Source: Isurus oxyrinchus (lineage: Eukaryota). Taken from it: DNA of 64,000 bases. The position numbers and the translations under genes were made by a program. Location of the stretch: positions 10,292,001 to 10,356,000 of the forward strand of contig JANJGN010000038.1 of assembly GCA_026770705.1 (NCBI GenBank). The letters run 5' to 3'. Shown here one piece after another: positions 1-12,070 of this stretch (position 1 is its first letter; each line of letters starts with the position of its first letter). The notes beneath the pieces were generated by a model. It was not told where the DNA came from, searched no databases, and saw only the letters and a program-made list of their open reading frames with translations.

Positions 1-339
1 GATGGTTGGATACGCTTCGAAATGGATGCACATACTATCCTCAGGAATTGTTCTCCACTGACCAAGCACCGCTTTACAGCAACCACCTGAGCCCCTAAAT
101 ATACAAACAGCGGACTGTGGGATTGCTATGGCAAAACAGCATCAATTCATCTTCTGCACTTTCCGTTGGCCAATTGGAAAGAGTCCCATCTCTAAAGGGG
201 CCCAAAAATGACCAACAAAATCATTTTTTAAGAAGTTAGAAAACTGCATAAGGACATTATCTTCATTTATCATTTATAAATCTTCAGCCGATTTCGTTTC
301 CTGCTGTCCTGTTAGCCACGTTGATAAAGGTAGAAGGGA

Positions 340-577
340 TTTTTTTATTCGTTCAATCGCTAAATGCGGTTTCCTGCAGGAAATAATTAAACCAAATGGG
401 CTTTTACAGCAATTAGCAATGGTTTCATGATCATCATCAGACGCTTAATTAAAGATTTTTATTAAATTCAAATTGCCCAACCTTCCATGGTGGGATGTGA
501 ACTTAGGTCCCCAGAGAATTAGGTTGGGCCTTATGCAATGTTAACCTGGTCATAATGCTGCTACACCACCACCTCCC
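340..577 (-). mobile_element. HE1-like tRNA-derived SINE fragment
   Basis: Starts with ttttttattcgttc (inverted tail) and contains gtttcatgatcatcatcagac...ggtgggatgtgaac...cccag...ctacaccaccacctccc. The same motifs recur at 11.9, 28.9 and 40.3 kb. Family name from recalled shark SINE consensus. Confidence 0.55.
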
Positions 578-1989
578 ATCAGTAGTTAGCTGGTCCTACC
601 AATTTATCTTTAACAGTTATTCGACAACAGGCCCAGACGTGATCAACTAAAATATCAGTGGATAGCTTCAATATTCGGGGCGTGAACTTACTTGCAGCAG
701 TGGTACCGAGGTTTAGCTGTGGTTTGCTGAGACACCCTCTACCATGACCCAGAATTCCATTTGTGAAAGAGGCCTGTGGGAGTATGCCCCGTATTTGCCT
801 GAAAGAAATGAATCGATGTTACACTGAAGTCACACATCCTGACGACTGAGGTGATGGCAGTATACCGAATGTGGACTAGAAAACGCATTAATACATCATT
901 CGGCAAACAGAAGCTCCAGTTCTGCAAAACTGACACTCCACCAGTGTTTCACAATGGGCTTGGTACCTTAATATCATGGAATTTAATTTGGAGGAGGTCT
1001 CCTGTCACAAACTATTTGGTGTTATTAAGGCTTGTTTTTGGCGGCCTTGTGGTTGGTTTCTGGATTTCCCAGATGACTGTTCTGCAGCCTGTAAGGAGAG
1101 GCAGCAGATCTGATGATGTGTCCAAGGGGCCAGCGATGCCTCTGGACCAGCAACGTTACAGCTGAAATGCAGTGTCGGCTATGAAGAGACAAAGCTCTGG
1201 CAAATGCAATCTGTTGAATTGGAGCCAGACTCTTTAATGCTCCTTGACAGCGGCAGGAGTTGCCATTGCATTGTATGAACCAATACTAACAATCTCACTC
1301 TATCTTCTGACAATACTCAATAGAACCATTTATCAATGATCTGGTGGGCAGGATTTTGGGGTGTGCATAGCGTGAAATGCAATCGAGTTTAGTTGACACT
1401 TAATGGATTCCAGAGAATAACAGGATGTTGGTGCTGCAGTGTTGCTTTGTAATGCAGTAGGGGCCTACAACTCGGCAATTTGGTCTGATTGGCGAGACGT
1501 TCCATTCGTTTTCATTTTGGGCGGATGCTGGATGACACTGACACTGCTCAGGAGCACATTCGTCTTTCGAAAGGCAGGTACAGAAAGAATTTGACGAATT
1601 TATTAGTCTGGTTGTCTCGTTATTTCTGTAGCATCAATTAATCCATTGTAATTCCCAATAGGATCAGTCGTTATTTTTTTCATGTTCTCCTTTACAAATT
1701 AGATTTTTTAAAAACTTATTCAACAGGAAACATTACCCCCATGATATCTTACAATATTTTTAAAAGTTGCACTTTTCTCACGTTATGATGTTGAATGTTA
1801 ATGAAGCATGTTGACATTGAATGTCACATGACAATCTAGAAGCACCCATACAAATTCACCACAGAGACATTTCCTATCCTGTGTGAAAATCATTGCTGCA
1901 TTACAATCAGTCAGCCTAACATTGCTGCCAGGTGAACGTACAGTGGGCAGAATCGGGGCAATTTTAATGGTGAATTTGAAGATTTTCGG

Positions 1990-2400
1990 TTAATAACCGA
2001 CAGCTAACATGGATTTGTAATAAGGCAAAATAGACAAACTTGACGGAACTTTTCTCTGAAGTAATAGACGGGATGGTATTCGTGGGTCCCAATGGTTTTG
2101 CATCGTGAAGCAAGTTAACACAGTGTCCCACAAGTATCGGTGTCAATTGTCATTTGTGATATCTGTTAGTCATATGGACACGGGAACAAAGGGTAAAAAT
2201 TTAAGCTTTGCCGATAGCACAAGGCATGGATATGGAGAAAACTGTGTGCAGGCTAGTTGACATAATTCAGGAAAGACAGCTGGAATGCCAGGCGCATGAG
2301 ATATGGAATTTACTGCAAAAAATATGATTTGGAATGCTTTAATTGGAAATAAATCGAGTTGGGAAGCAACATAACCCAACAGGCTAGAACCTTCGGTGAT
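1990..2400 (+). mobile_element. Highly degraded CR1-type LINE reverse-transcriptase fragment
   Basis: Remnants resembling VPQGSV (gtgtcccacaagtatcggtg), SKFADDTK (aagctttgccgatagcacaagg) and WQMEFN (gatatggaatttact) in the expected order. Confidence 0.4.
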
Positions 2401-2554
2401 GCCAGTACAGTGGTGTATATTCTGGAAGGAGGGCCTTGGGAGTTCTCAACATCTGCTGCAGAATCCATCAAGTCTCATGACATCAGAGAACATCAAATCA
2501 AACATGGATAAGGAAAACTACTGCTATTAGATATCAGACATCCAGAATCCAATT

Positions 2555-4060
2555 TTCCAGGATTGGGGATGGAGGTGATTGGCCGCTGGGGGTGAGGGTG
2601 GGGGGCAGTGTTGGAATCATCGGGTGTGTCCAGGATGGATGCATTTGGATACCAGGAGAGAATTCGGCGTGGTTGGGATGGTTGTCGAGGTGTTAGAGTG
2701 ATACCCTGGGCTGTACAGGGGGCTGGAAGGCTTATGGGGTAATGAGGGGTCTGCAGGGTGTTTGGGGAATCGGGGGAGATTGTCGATGTCATGCTTGGCG
2801 AGTACTCGATGTGTTGGGAGGGTGTTTGGAAGGTTATCAGGAGTATTCGCGAGGTTGGTTGGGTCCTAACTGGGTGAGGGTGCAGTCGGGTGCTTGTGGA
2901 TTGTCGATTGTTGGGAGGGCAGCCTGGGGGTGGGAGGGTTGTCAGGGGTTGGGGAAGGTAATGGGGCGTAGTCAGGGGCGGGTTGAGAGGATAGGCAGGG
3001 TAGTTTCAGCAGTCGGGGAGGTGGGAGATATAGTTGAGGTTTCCAGTGGGGGGTCGGGGTTCTCATTTCTATCGTGACCCAGGAGTTAGAAGCGATTTTC
3101 GTTCTTCTCACTCCTCCTGGGAAACTATTCTGCCGGGACAGGCATAACGAACTGAAGTTTCCCATTTAAATCCACGTGTCGGACGGTTCCTGATGTTCTT
3201 CAGAAGTTTGAATTTTACGGTCAATACCCGTGCAGCCCTCATATGGGGGCTTCCGGACCGGGGGCGGATGGTGGAGGTTGTGCTTCTCCCAGAGCATCTT
3301 TGGGGTGCCTCATGGCTGCGGCCCTACGGAGATCAGAATGTATTTTCAACATGTCCCAGATCTGACCAGTGGATGGCCTGACCCCGAGGTACCAGAGAGA
3401 TGCAGTGTTCGATCCCTTGTAAGTCCCCACTTCAGGACTGCCCGGCAACTTCCCCCGGATTTTCCGCATCCTTTGGGCAATTAGTACTGCATCTGGAACA
3501 TTCCAGAACCCTGGGTTAGATTTGGAGGAGTTGGATTGTCCCGGCATACTTAGCAGAATAGGTACCCAGGAAACGTGAGAAGGATTAATACCAGTTCCAG
3601 CTCCTGGGGAACCAGAATTCAGATCTCCAACTCTGAAATGGACACCCCAATTACTGTCCAGACAGGCCGAGTGTGCCCCAGGTCCCCGACTACCATCCAA
3701 AATCCAATTACCCATACCCTGACTAATACATTGTAACTTCAACTGCCGCCGAGACGACGGGGACAACCCCCATCCCCAAACTAATCCCCCACATTCCCAT
3801 TGCACCCAACCCCCGACTACCCTCCCGAACACCCGAATCTCCCCCTACCCCAGACAACCCTCCAGATAACCCAAACGCTACCCACACTCCCACCACACAC
3901 TGCCTACTCAGCACCTGAACACCCATCCGCTAACAACCCCCCCCCGTCCAATTGCCTAGCCCCCTTCCCCCACTAAATGTCGACAACCTCGAACTCCCTG
4001 ATATCCCTCGAACTACCCTATTCCCTCACCCCTTTACTTGCCACCCGACTACCTGACCCT
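2555..4060. repeat. Foldback/MITE-like element: G-rich left arm, inverted-repeat core, C-rich right arm
   Basis: 3078-3140 (cccaggagttagaagcg...cttctcactcctcctgggaaactattctgccgggaca) is the imperfect reverse complement of 3537-3608 (tgtcccggca...gcagaataggtacccaggaaacgtgagaagg...ccagctcctggg). G-rich 2555-3060 mirrors C-rich 3720-4060. Confidence 0.7.
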
Positions 4061-4354
4061 GCTGTCTTGCACACTGACCTTCTGTCTGCGCTGTGCCATT
4101 CTGGTTTTGGAATCAGTAAAGCTACTGTTAAACGGTAGCTAGAGCTACAGAAATGCTCTGGCTCAGCTTTCCCCGACATTCCTGTACGAGGAAGGAGGAC
4201 TTTACACCCCACTGATCCCTTGAAACCCTGTTCTGAAATGCAGGTGAGAAATGTGGAGCTGCGGGGCAGGGAACCTTGAAAATGGCGGAATGGCTATCCA
4301 AAGCTGATTACCACTTCTCGGCCATCGTGTTTCATATTCCGCAGCTGATGAAAG

Positions 4355-4605
4355 CTTCCTTTATAAATCTTCAAACCATCAACATGAATATCATTAGTTT
4401 TTGGTGAGACAGGATTCCCCTGTCAGATCCACCCTGTCAGCCCAGAATCTAACATGCACCCATTCTGTCCTTGAAAGAGCTGGGATCAGAGAAATCATTG
4501 TCTACCTCTTTCTGGAATGTGCTTTTGGGAGAAGGTCTGGAAAATGATGGTCCAGCTTCATCCTAATCAGCTCCATAAAACAGGACTTTGTTCTCTCCGG
4601 GCCGA
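4355..4605 (+). mobile_element. L1/Tx1-clade LINE ORF2 C-terminal zinc-knuckle remnant
   Basis: Translates with frameshifts to ..LVR..PVRS...CP....EIIVYLFLECAFGR.VW, matching the CCHC (C..C...E...HLFLEC.FA..VW) region of L1/Tx1 ORF2. Confidence 0.55.
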
Positions 4606-5163
4606 GATTATAATCCTTTGTTTGTACTTAACAGTTGTATCCTCCAATAATACTTCCAATAACATGCACGCCCTGCAAATACATTGAAACAACGCTCTCA
4701 CTTAGAAACTGAGTTAAGTGAATGATTTTCCAAGCATTTCCATCACAAATTATGAAAGAAGATGAGATTCCCCAACTCATCACATAAGTGATAACACCCA
4801 GAGCCTGCAATTAGTAGCCATAAGTACCTGTCGTTAAAATAACCGTTTTGAACTACTAATTTTCCTGCGTAATCCAGTAATAGGTCATATGAAATTGATC
4901 CAAAACACACTGGCACTGAATCTTTAAAAATACAATGTACTGATACGGACAGCATGTGGAATGTAAAGCAAGAACGGCTCTGTTGTTAGTAACAGACAAA
5001 GATTACTGAGAGCCACTAATGTAATAAGAGGCATGCATGAAAATTTAATTCGAAACTAAGCCAAAAGCTTGAGGAAGATACAACAGAATATATGTGCAAA
5101 AGATAATGGGACGTCCTGGATTAATATGCATATTAAAACATTTCCTCGGATATATCCCTCTAG

Positions 5164-5291
5164 ATTCCACGGGCCACATCTGGATTAAGGACTCTGAGGA
5201 CAATAACGGGAACATCTGGACCACTGCTTCCACATTCATCGCCCTGTTCTTCTTGAGCATTTTCTATGGCGCTGCCGTCACTCTGGTGATG
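5164..5291 (+). CDS. Immunoglobulin heavy-chain transmembrane exon TM1 (IgM/IgW/IgNAR type), copy A
   Basis: Acceptor ccctctag|A, 128 nt, phase 1, donor |gtgaga. Encodes (D)STGHIWIKDSEDNNGNIWTTASTFIALFFLSIFYGAAVTLVM, homologous to the mu membrane segment [23 protein letters not shown] (CART motif) with an acidic spacer. Isotype and functionality not determinable. Confidence 0.9.
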
Positions 5292-5431
5292 GTGAGAAGA
5301 TTCAATCCACTCACACATCAATATGACAGGAGCGGTTTGAAAAATCTCCAAATATTTCACTGATTGAAAACTCCAACATAAATGTCCCAGGTCATTAATA
5401 TCTGCTGCAATATTTTCTCCCTCTTTTACAG

Positions 5432-5440
5432 TTTAAGTGA
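5432..5440 (+). CDS. Ig heavy-chain TM2 exon coding part (FK-stop), copy A
   Basis: Polypyrimidine acceptor ttttctccctcttttacag|TTT AAG TGA, 140 nt after the TM1 donor. Matches copy B (ATC AAA TGA) and the canonical 2-codon TM2 (VK-stop). Confidence 0.8.
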   Translation, partial: FK

Positions 5441-5880
5441 TCGGTTGATTTTCGGACCTCCTTGGCTGTTCCTCAGTTGTTTATTGAGATCTCTATATTG
5501 TGACTTTAAAATATGTTCTTCTGGTGACGCTAACAGTGAAATGTCTTCATTTTATGATTCTGAATGTGTAATTGAGACATTCGTGGACAGTATTTCCGCC
5601 TTTCTGTCTGAAATGCGCGAGATAATTATTATTTTAAAATAACTGTAACTTATAATTTCACTATAGCTTGAATTGCATTTGTAAATATGACTTTTCTTTC
5701 GCTGTTGTCCCCTTCCCTTTATGCCAAATTTCTGTTTTCTTTTTCTGGCCTATGTTACACTTCTACTTACAGTTGGCAGCTCAGAGCATATGGGGTTGTC
5801 TCAATGTGACACTCAAACGATAAATTCACTTTTGTGACCTTTACATGAACCATTTCTATAAAACATGCTCTGAAATTGTT

Positions 5881-5886
5881 AATAAA
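5881..5886 (+). terminator. Putative polyadenylation signal of IgH membrane form, copy A
   Basis: AATAAA about 440 nt after the TM2 stop; AATAAA sits at the homologous position in copy B (47942). Confidence 0.6.
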
Positions 5887-8265
5887 TCTTGAATGATAAT
5901 TGCACCAAGTATGACTTTGCTGAATTCATTTCTCCTCGCTTCATCGACATGGCTGCATTTTCCCTATTTCACGTTTTCCTCCTTTCCCGAGTGGTATTTA
6001 TCACGATTCCTGTCTGCAAAGTGTTTGAACTCGAGGCCCTTCAGTCAAAGAGCGATTCACCACACAACGCCACACCCGTGTAAAGAAATGTTTACCCCTT
6101 CCCTTTTATGGTGAAAACCAGAAGCAGAATGATGGAATGGCGAAGAGCAACTCAGTGACGTCTCTGATCTGTCACAGTCAGCGTCTGGTCGTTCTAAATA
6201 ATAAAGGCACTCTTCCTCAGAGGTTAATGCAGCACAATGTTTGTTGAAGAATACGTTCTTTACATATCACATAAAATATTCCCAGGCCTCTACAGCACTG
6301 GTTAGGTGCGGAGTAAAGTGCCCCCCCCACGCCACCACCACCCCCCCTTCCCCCTCACCCCACCCCCGCACTGTCCGGCTAAACACTTACAAAGCAGAGC
6401 AGTTGCAGAGCCGATATATAACACTGATATTGCCGTTGGCACAACCATAGGCTAATTCCTAGAGGCCGGGAAATATATGGCACATAAACACCATCGAGAC
6501 AAAATCTTGTCGGCCTTCTTATGCTGAACCGGGCAAAAAACATGAGAACGATTCTGAGAGATTGGGACCAATGCAGATCTGATATAGACATACTATTGAA
6601 CAGAAATTCTACAAGCTTTCGCTAGAATTTGTATTCCCTCAGGCTTGAGAGGGAGCAGAACCCGTTGGACATTGGGGCCTCGATGACACAAAAAGGAAAT
6701 CAGCCTAAACAAAGTGATGTGGTCCAAAAACCGGGGCCTCTCTAATACACAAACCCTAATGCCTTCTCTGGCACTTTTAGTTTCTTTGATCTGGAAGCTG
6801 CATGACTACTTGAACCCCTTATGAAGACAACTGCAGATAGTACGTCCACACCATGAAAAGCTGCCTATTCTTTAAGGATTTCACACTGGCAGATCTGGCC
6901 TCTTTATGCAGACATGGACTATCCAGTGAATTGTAATTATTGTTTACTCACTACACAAATCCATGCTTCCCCACATCAATTATTATTACTAAAACTAAAA
7001 GAAAACACGAGTTACCAGATTGGCTAGTCACAACACTTGACATCATGCGAATTGTCAAAACTAGCATGAATTACGTCTTGATTGAAAGAATAAAACGAGG
7101 GCTGAGAGTTAAAATTTCGCATCAGGTTTTGGAAAATTCACTTGTCCACTGGTCGAGAACAGCTATAGAGGCGGAGATTAGAAGTGAAGGAAAGGGGTGA
7201 GATGGGCTGTGCTAATGCACAATGCACAAAAAGTTAACTGACTAAAGATGGTGGTGTAAGGCTGAATATGGGTTGCAATGGGACAGATGTTTCTGCTTGC
7301 TGTTTACACAGATACACACATTACTCCTGATCAACCGATCACAACTGACCTTTGAAAACAGCACTCCAGGCCAGAGTTGTTTCTTCGCTGCAACAAATGG
7401 TGCAACTCCCCCAGGTTTACAACTCGTTTTGTGTTGCAAAGTGGAGAGTGCCTAATTTCAAAATGAGAATACAAATATTACAGCTTTGATTTTAAACATT
7501 GAATCATGGAACAGATACTGAGTATAGTTGTTTGAATTTGCATGGTATTACTAATGATTGAGTAAAAGTAGTTATACATTTGGATATTTGCTGCACATTG
7601 ACTCTAACATCCTGAAATTCATTTCAAGCTGAGGCACCAGGCGGAAACCAACAGTTGTCCTGCTGTAATAACTGGCATGGTGCCTGAGTCTAAATATTAA
7701 AACCTTCCAAGCATTCTGGTAGATCAGTGCCGGCCTGCTTCTAGACCATGTTTATCATTTCTAATGTTTCGTTCCCAGAACTATACAAGTAATCCAGCAT
7801 GTAATCTAACCAGGGATTTGTACAGCTGTAGCAAAGCTTTTCTCCTTTTCTGTTACAGCCTCAGTTCACGGTACAGTAAATAGATTTACATTGTGCATAT
7901 CCATTCAGAGTAATGAAAACCATCTTGATCAGTAAAAACGACTTTTGGTTCTTTGGTATGAATTCAATTGCACGCTTAAACACTGCATATGTCAAAAACT
8001 GTATAAGAATCACAAGCCCAACTCTTCGTGTCTTTCCATCAGGAAAGTTTGTTTATTCAGGCAATCTGTGCGAGCACACCGCAGAAAATCCTTCAAAATT
8101 GGTCAATTACTTACAAGAGGATATGGAGCCCAACACATGTGGCCATTCAACGTATTTGACCAAACATTTACTCCGTCAATGTTAGAGTCGGATATCAATA
8201 CTTCGTCACAATTAGGCACAATATCAATTAAAAAGTCAAAGGGTAAAGTGATGCTTCTGTAACAG

Positions 8266-8905
8266 TTTTTTTATTCATTCATGGATGTGGGTGTCCCAGG
8301 TCCAGTCAGCATTTAATGCCCACCCGTAATTGCCCTTGAGAACATGGTGTTACTGAGCTGCTTTCTTGAACTGCTGTGATCCATGTAGTGTAGATACACC
8401 TATGTTTCTGTTAGGGAGGGAGTTCCAGGATATCGACCCAGAGACATTGAAGGAACAGCGACATATTTCCAAGTCAGTATGATGAGTGACTTGGAGGGGA
8501 AATTCCAGTTGTTGGAGTTCCCATATATCTGCTGCCCTTGTCATTCAAGAAGGCAGTGGCCGTAAGTTTGGAAGGTGCTGTCTAAGGTGAATTCCTGCAG
8601 TGCATCTTGTAGATGGCAAATAGTGCTGCCACTGTGCACCGGTGGTGGAGGGAGTGAATATTTGTGGATCAATCCCGCGGGTTGCTTTGTCCTGGATGGT
8701 GTCAAGCTTCGTGAGCGTTGTTGGAGCAACACTCATCCAGGCAAGTGGGAAGTATTTAATTACACTCTTGACTTGTAACTTGTAGGTGGTGGGCAGGCTT
8801 TGGAGAATCAGGAGGTGAGTTAATCGACGCAGGATACTTAGCCTCTTACCTACTCTTGTAGCCACAGTATTTAGATGGCTAGCCCAGTTCAGTTTCTAGT
8901 CAATG
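8266..8905 (-). mobile_element. HER1-like (CR1-superfamily) LINE 3' end
   Basis: ORF remnant ATRVGKRLSILRRLTHLL..LPTTYKLQVKSVIKYFPLAWMS..TTLTKLDTIQDKA, followed by the tail ..cagcagttcaagaaagcagctca..ctcaagggcaatt..gaatgaataaaaaa on the minus strand. Homologous to 54990-56130. Confidence 0.8.
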
Positions 8906-9009
8906 GATGTGTCAGGGGAAGAGTAGATCAGGATTCGAAAAGCCGGCATGAGGTAGGATGCTTTGAACTGACAGAATGTGTAAGGTGTTGTGAAGAGTTG
9001 ACGTAGTGT

Positions 9010-10050
9010 AACTTGTGTCAGGAATAGGTTTCGTTGGCAGTTGAGGAATGGTCGGGCTTGTAGTCCAGTTCAAGTGGGGCAGGATTGCTCGGGGCAGAAA
9101 TGTTTGGACGGGTTGGCTGGCAGAGGCTGTCTGTTGGGTCGGGGAGGTAGAGTGGGTAGTATAGGTCCAGTGGGTTAGAATAGTCCAGACTGTAGGATAG
9201 TTCTTGGAGGCAGGATGTGTTGAGGGGGGTAGGTTGGGCTAGGAGAATCGGGTGCTTCAGGGTATGATACTTGGAGTGCTGTATGATGGGTTGGAGGTAG
9301 GACGGGGTGAGTGGGGTTGGGTGTGCCATTCGGGATGGATGGATCAGGGGTAGAATGGTGAAGTATGGTAGGATGATTCAGTGATGTAATCTGTGGCTGG
9401 CTGGTTGGATGAGTTGAGTGGGGCAGTATGGGTCAGGGGCATAGGATGGTCCCGGGTTTAGTGTAGGTGGAATGGGATAGGAAGGGTAGGGTGGTAGCAT
9501 CGTTCAGGGGAATAGGATACGTTGGGATTAGGATAGGTGGAGTAGGTAGGATGGGTCGGAGGGGGTAGAATTAGTCCAGGGGTATTTTGTGTCTGCGGGT
9601 GTCAGTCGAGGCATGGGTGAGACGATTTGTGGAGGGAGGAATAATCGGGTGGTTTTTTTTAGTCGGGTTATTCACGGGGGTGGGGTAGGAAGGTAGTCGG
9701 GCTGTCAGGAGGATAATCAGGGCAACCGAGTGAGGAATGGTGGAGGGGAATATTCGGGGTCAAGTGGGGAATCGGGAAGTAGGAAATTATTTCAAATCCC
9801 CTAACTTTTCCTGGATACCTATTCTGCTAAGACTGGTGGAGCTACGTATGTTCTGCAATTTAAATTTGATTTCCAGATGATTCCAAGGCACCAGGATAAT
9901 TTCCCATCGGAAGTTTGAAGTTCCTGCGCAATATCTGTGTAATGTTTACATGAGAAATTCCTGTGGGTGCCCGGGTGCATCTTCTGGGGTACTTACTGCG
10001 CACAACCCCTCCCACCCCCACGTACCGAATTCGGAAGTTCGGTGCGAATG
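9010..10050. repeat. Second member (G-rich arm + core) of the 2.5-4.0 kb foldback family
   Basis: About 780 nt G-rich tract followed by ttttcctggatacctattctgctaag (9807-9830), matching the reverse complement of cttagcagaataggtacccaggaaa at 3549-3573. Confidence 0.6.
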
Positions 10051-10074
10051 ACAATGGTTCCCTGAATATAGTCT

Positions 10075-10330
10075 GCTCTGACGCTAAATACAATGCTCTC
10101 TGCCCTGTAACTGGAATGATCTCTGTCCCCTAATACAATTTTCACTGTCCCCTAAAACAATGACCACTGTCCCATAACCATAATGATCACTAGCTGCTAA
10201 ATACAATCTTTAAATGTCCCCTAACTACAATGATCATCTTCTCCTAAATTCAATCATTAATGTCCCCTGAATGCAATATTCATTGTCCCCTAAAAATAAT
10301 GTTGATTCCCCCGTAAATGGAACAATGCTC
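10075..10330. repeat. Degenerate minisatellite, 22-23 bp unit
   Basis: About 10 copies of tgtcccctaaatacaatgatcac-like units. Confidence 0.8.
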
Positions 10331-11859
10331 TCTCTGCAGGGAACATTTGTCAGAGCTCCGCAAGGGATTATTTAGACGTTTACTAGAAAAGCATCATATC
10401 ACCGCTGCTTTAAATGTTATTTATGGATAATTATTTTAAAATAGACTCGGCACAGTCACAGGGCCCTGTGTATTGTACCCAGTTCGGTGAGTCTGCTTTT
10501 ATCAGGGAGCTGGTGATGCTGGTGATAACTTCCAATGTTTTTTCTTTTTGTTTCTTTATGAGATTTTCAGATTTATTTCCATGTTTCATAGTTGCCTTTG
10601 AATTACTTTCATCTTTTTCAGCTTGTGATTACTGGCTCTAATGGCTTAATTACAGTATCACTTTTTACAACCTATACTTTGTTCAAATACCTTAAGTGTA
10701 AAAATTAAAGTAATCAGGGATTCAAGCATATCATTAAACCGAGATGAGATACGGACCAAGTTGTGGCCTAAAACAGAGCAATTCTATTTCATTGATTTAT
10801 TAACCTGTGTTTGCTTTTCTACATATAATTTCCAATCCCTGTGTTGTAGATTCCAGCCGATCATAGAAAACACACTAATTTAAATCATGAAGTCTTCTTA
10901 ATTTCACAAAGCTCAAATTAACATGTAATTAAGAAAATACTTTGAAATGGAAGTCGATCTGTAAGTTTACTAAGCTAGATATCGGGCATTGTTGTTTTCG
11001 TGTCGTCTCAGAGGTGAAACACAATTGTTACATGTAACTGCTAACCAGACCTCCACTTTAATAGCAATTTCTCAAAATGCACAAATCCAACCAAGAGGAT
11101 AATTACTTTTTATTTTAAGTTTCAGCTTCTTGTTCCGTCGCCAGAACTCTCCTTTTTAAAAAATTCTTATATATTTGTAACAAAGTGTGACACATGTTTT
11201 GTGATGGGTGTCCTGCAACATAAATGCATTGGCTCCAAGACTAACTGCAAATATGCAAACGGAAATGGTAGGTTGTTTGATAGTGACAGAGAAACTAACC
11301 AATCAATAGAGACATTCATTTTGAGTGGAAAGGTTCGGCTCTTTTAAAGATAACAAGTTTACTTAATGTCAGGAGACCTAATTGTTCTAAATAAACATCA
11401 AAGAGGTATTTGAACTTAATCATTATTTAATTGTCATTGGGCCAGTTTGGTGCAGGACACTTTCTAGTTGTGGACAAAAACGCCCAACACTGTAAGATTT
11501 TTTTTTCGCGTTATGGCCGAACCTAACTCTGAATGGTGATAGAAACCTGGAATATTGGCGGAACGGTATGATTCGAAATATGATTATGTCAGCCTGTTGC
11601 CTGACTGCTCTCTGGGGCAGATCTCATGCATCCACATGTGTGTGAAAAAGACTTTACAGGATCGACAGAGCTGACTGTCATTTTGTTTTTTCTGGTGCTT
11701 AGCTCGATGCCGGGTGTTCCATCGCTTCTATTTTCAAACATTTGCTCCCGCTTGCTAGGCCAGTTAAGGGGGCAGTTGTCACTCCACAGCATCTCCCTGG
11801 GCATAGCGTCACATAGAGGCCAAACTTCGGAAAGACAACTGAATTCCTTCACGAAAGTA

Positions 11860-12070
11860 TATGAATGAAACGGATTGTGCTAATTCATGAGAGTGCTGTA
11901 GTTTCATGGTCATCATTCATGATTGCTCTTTTTTTAATTTTCAGCTTACTTTCGTGAACTGAACTTATGTTCATCAATTGACGTGGTGGGATGTACATTT
12001 TCGTCCCTGAATCACTAACCTTGCCTTCAGATTTACTAGACCATGAACATGACCACTATTCCAATATACA
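11860..12070 (-). mobile_element. HE1-like SINE fragment
   Basis: gtttcatggtcatc...gtggtgggat...ttactagaccatgaacatgaccactat; same family as 340-577. Confidence 0.45.

Noticed and set aside
2493-3926. Several Pro-rich or Gly-rich ORFs up to 197 aa
   Set aside because: By-products of the G-rich/C-rich arms of the foldback repeat; low complexity and no domain.
6500-7150. Possible RTE-clade LINE remnants (also 12100-12900 minus) and an L1 endonuclease remnant (39500-40110 minus)
   Set aside because: Only isolated, heavily degraded motif resemblances; not supportable without a RepeatMasker/HMM run.
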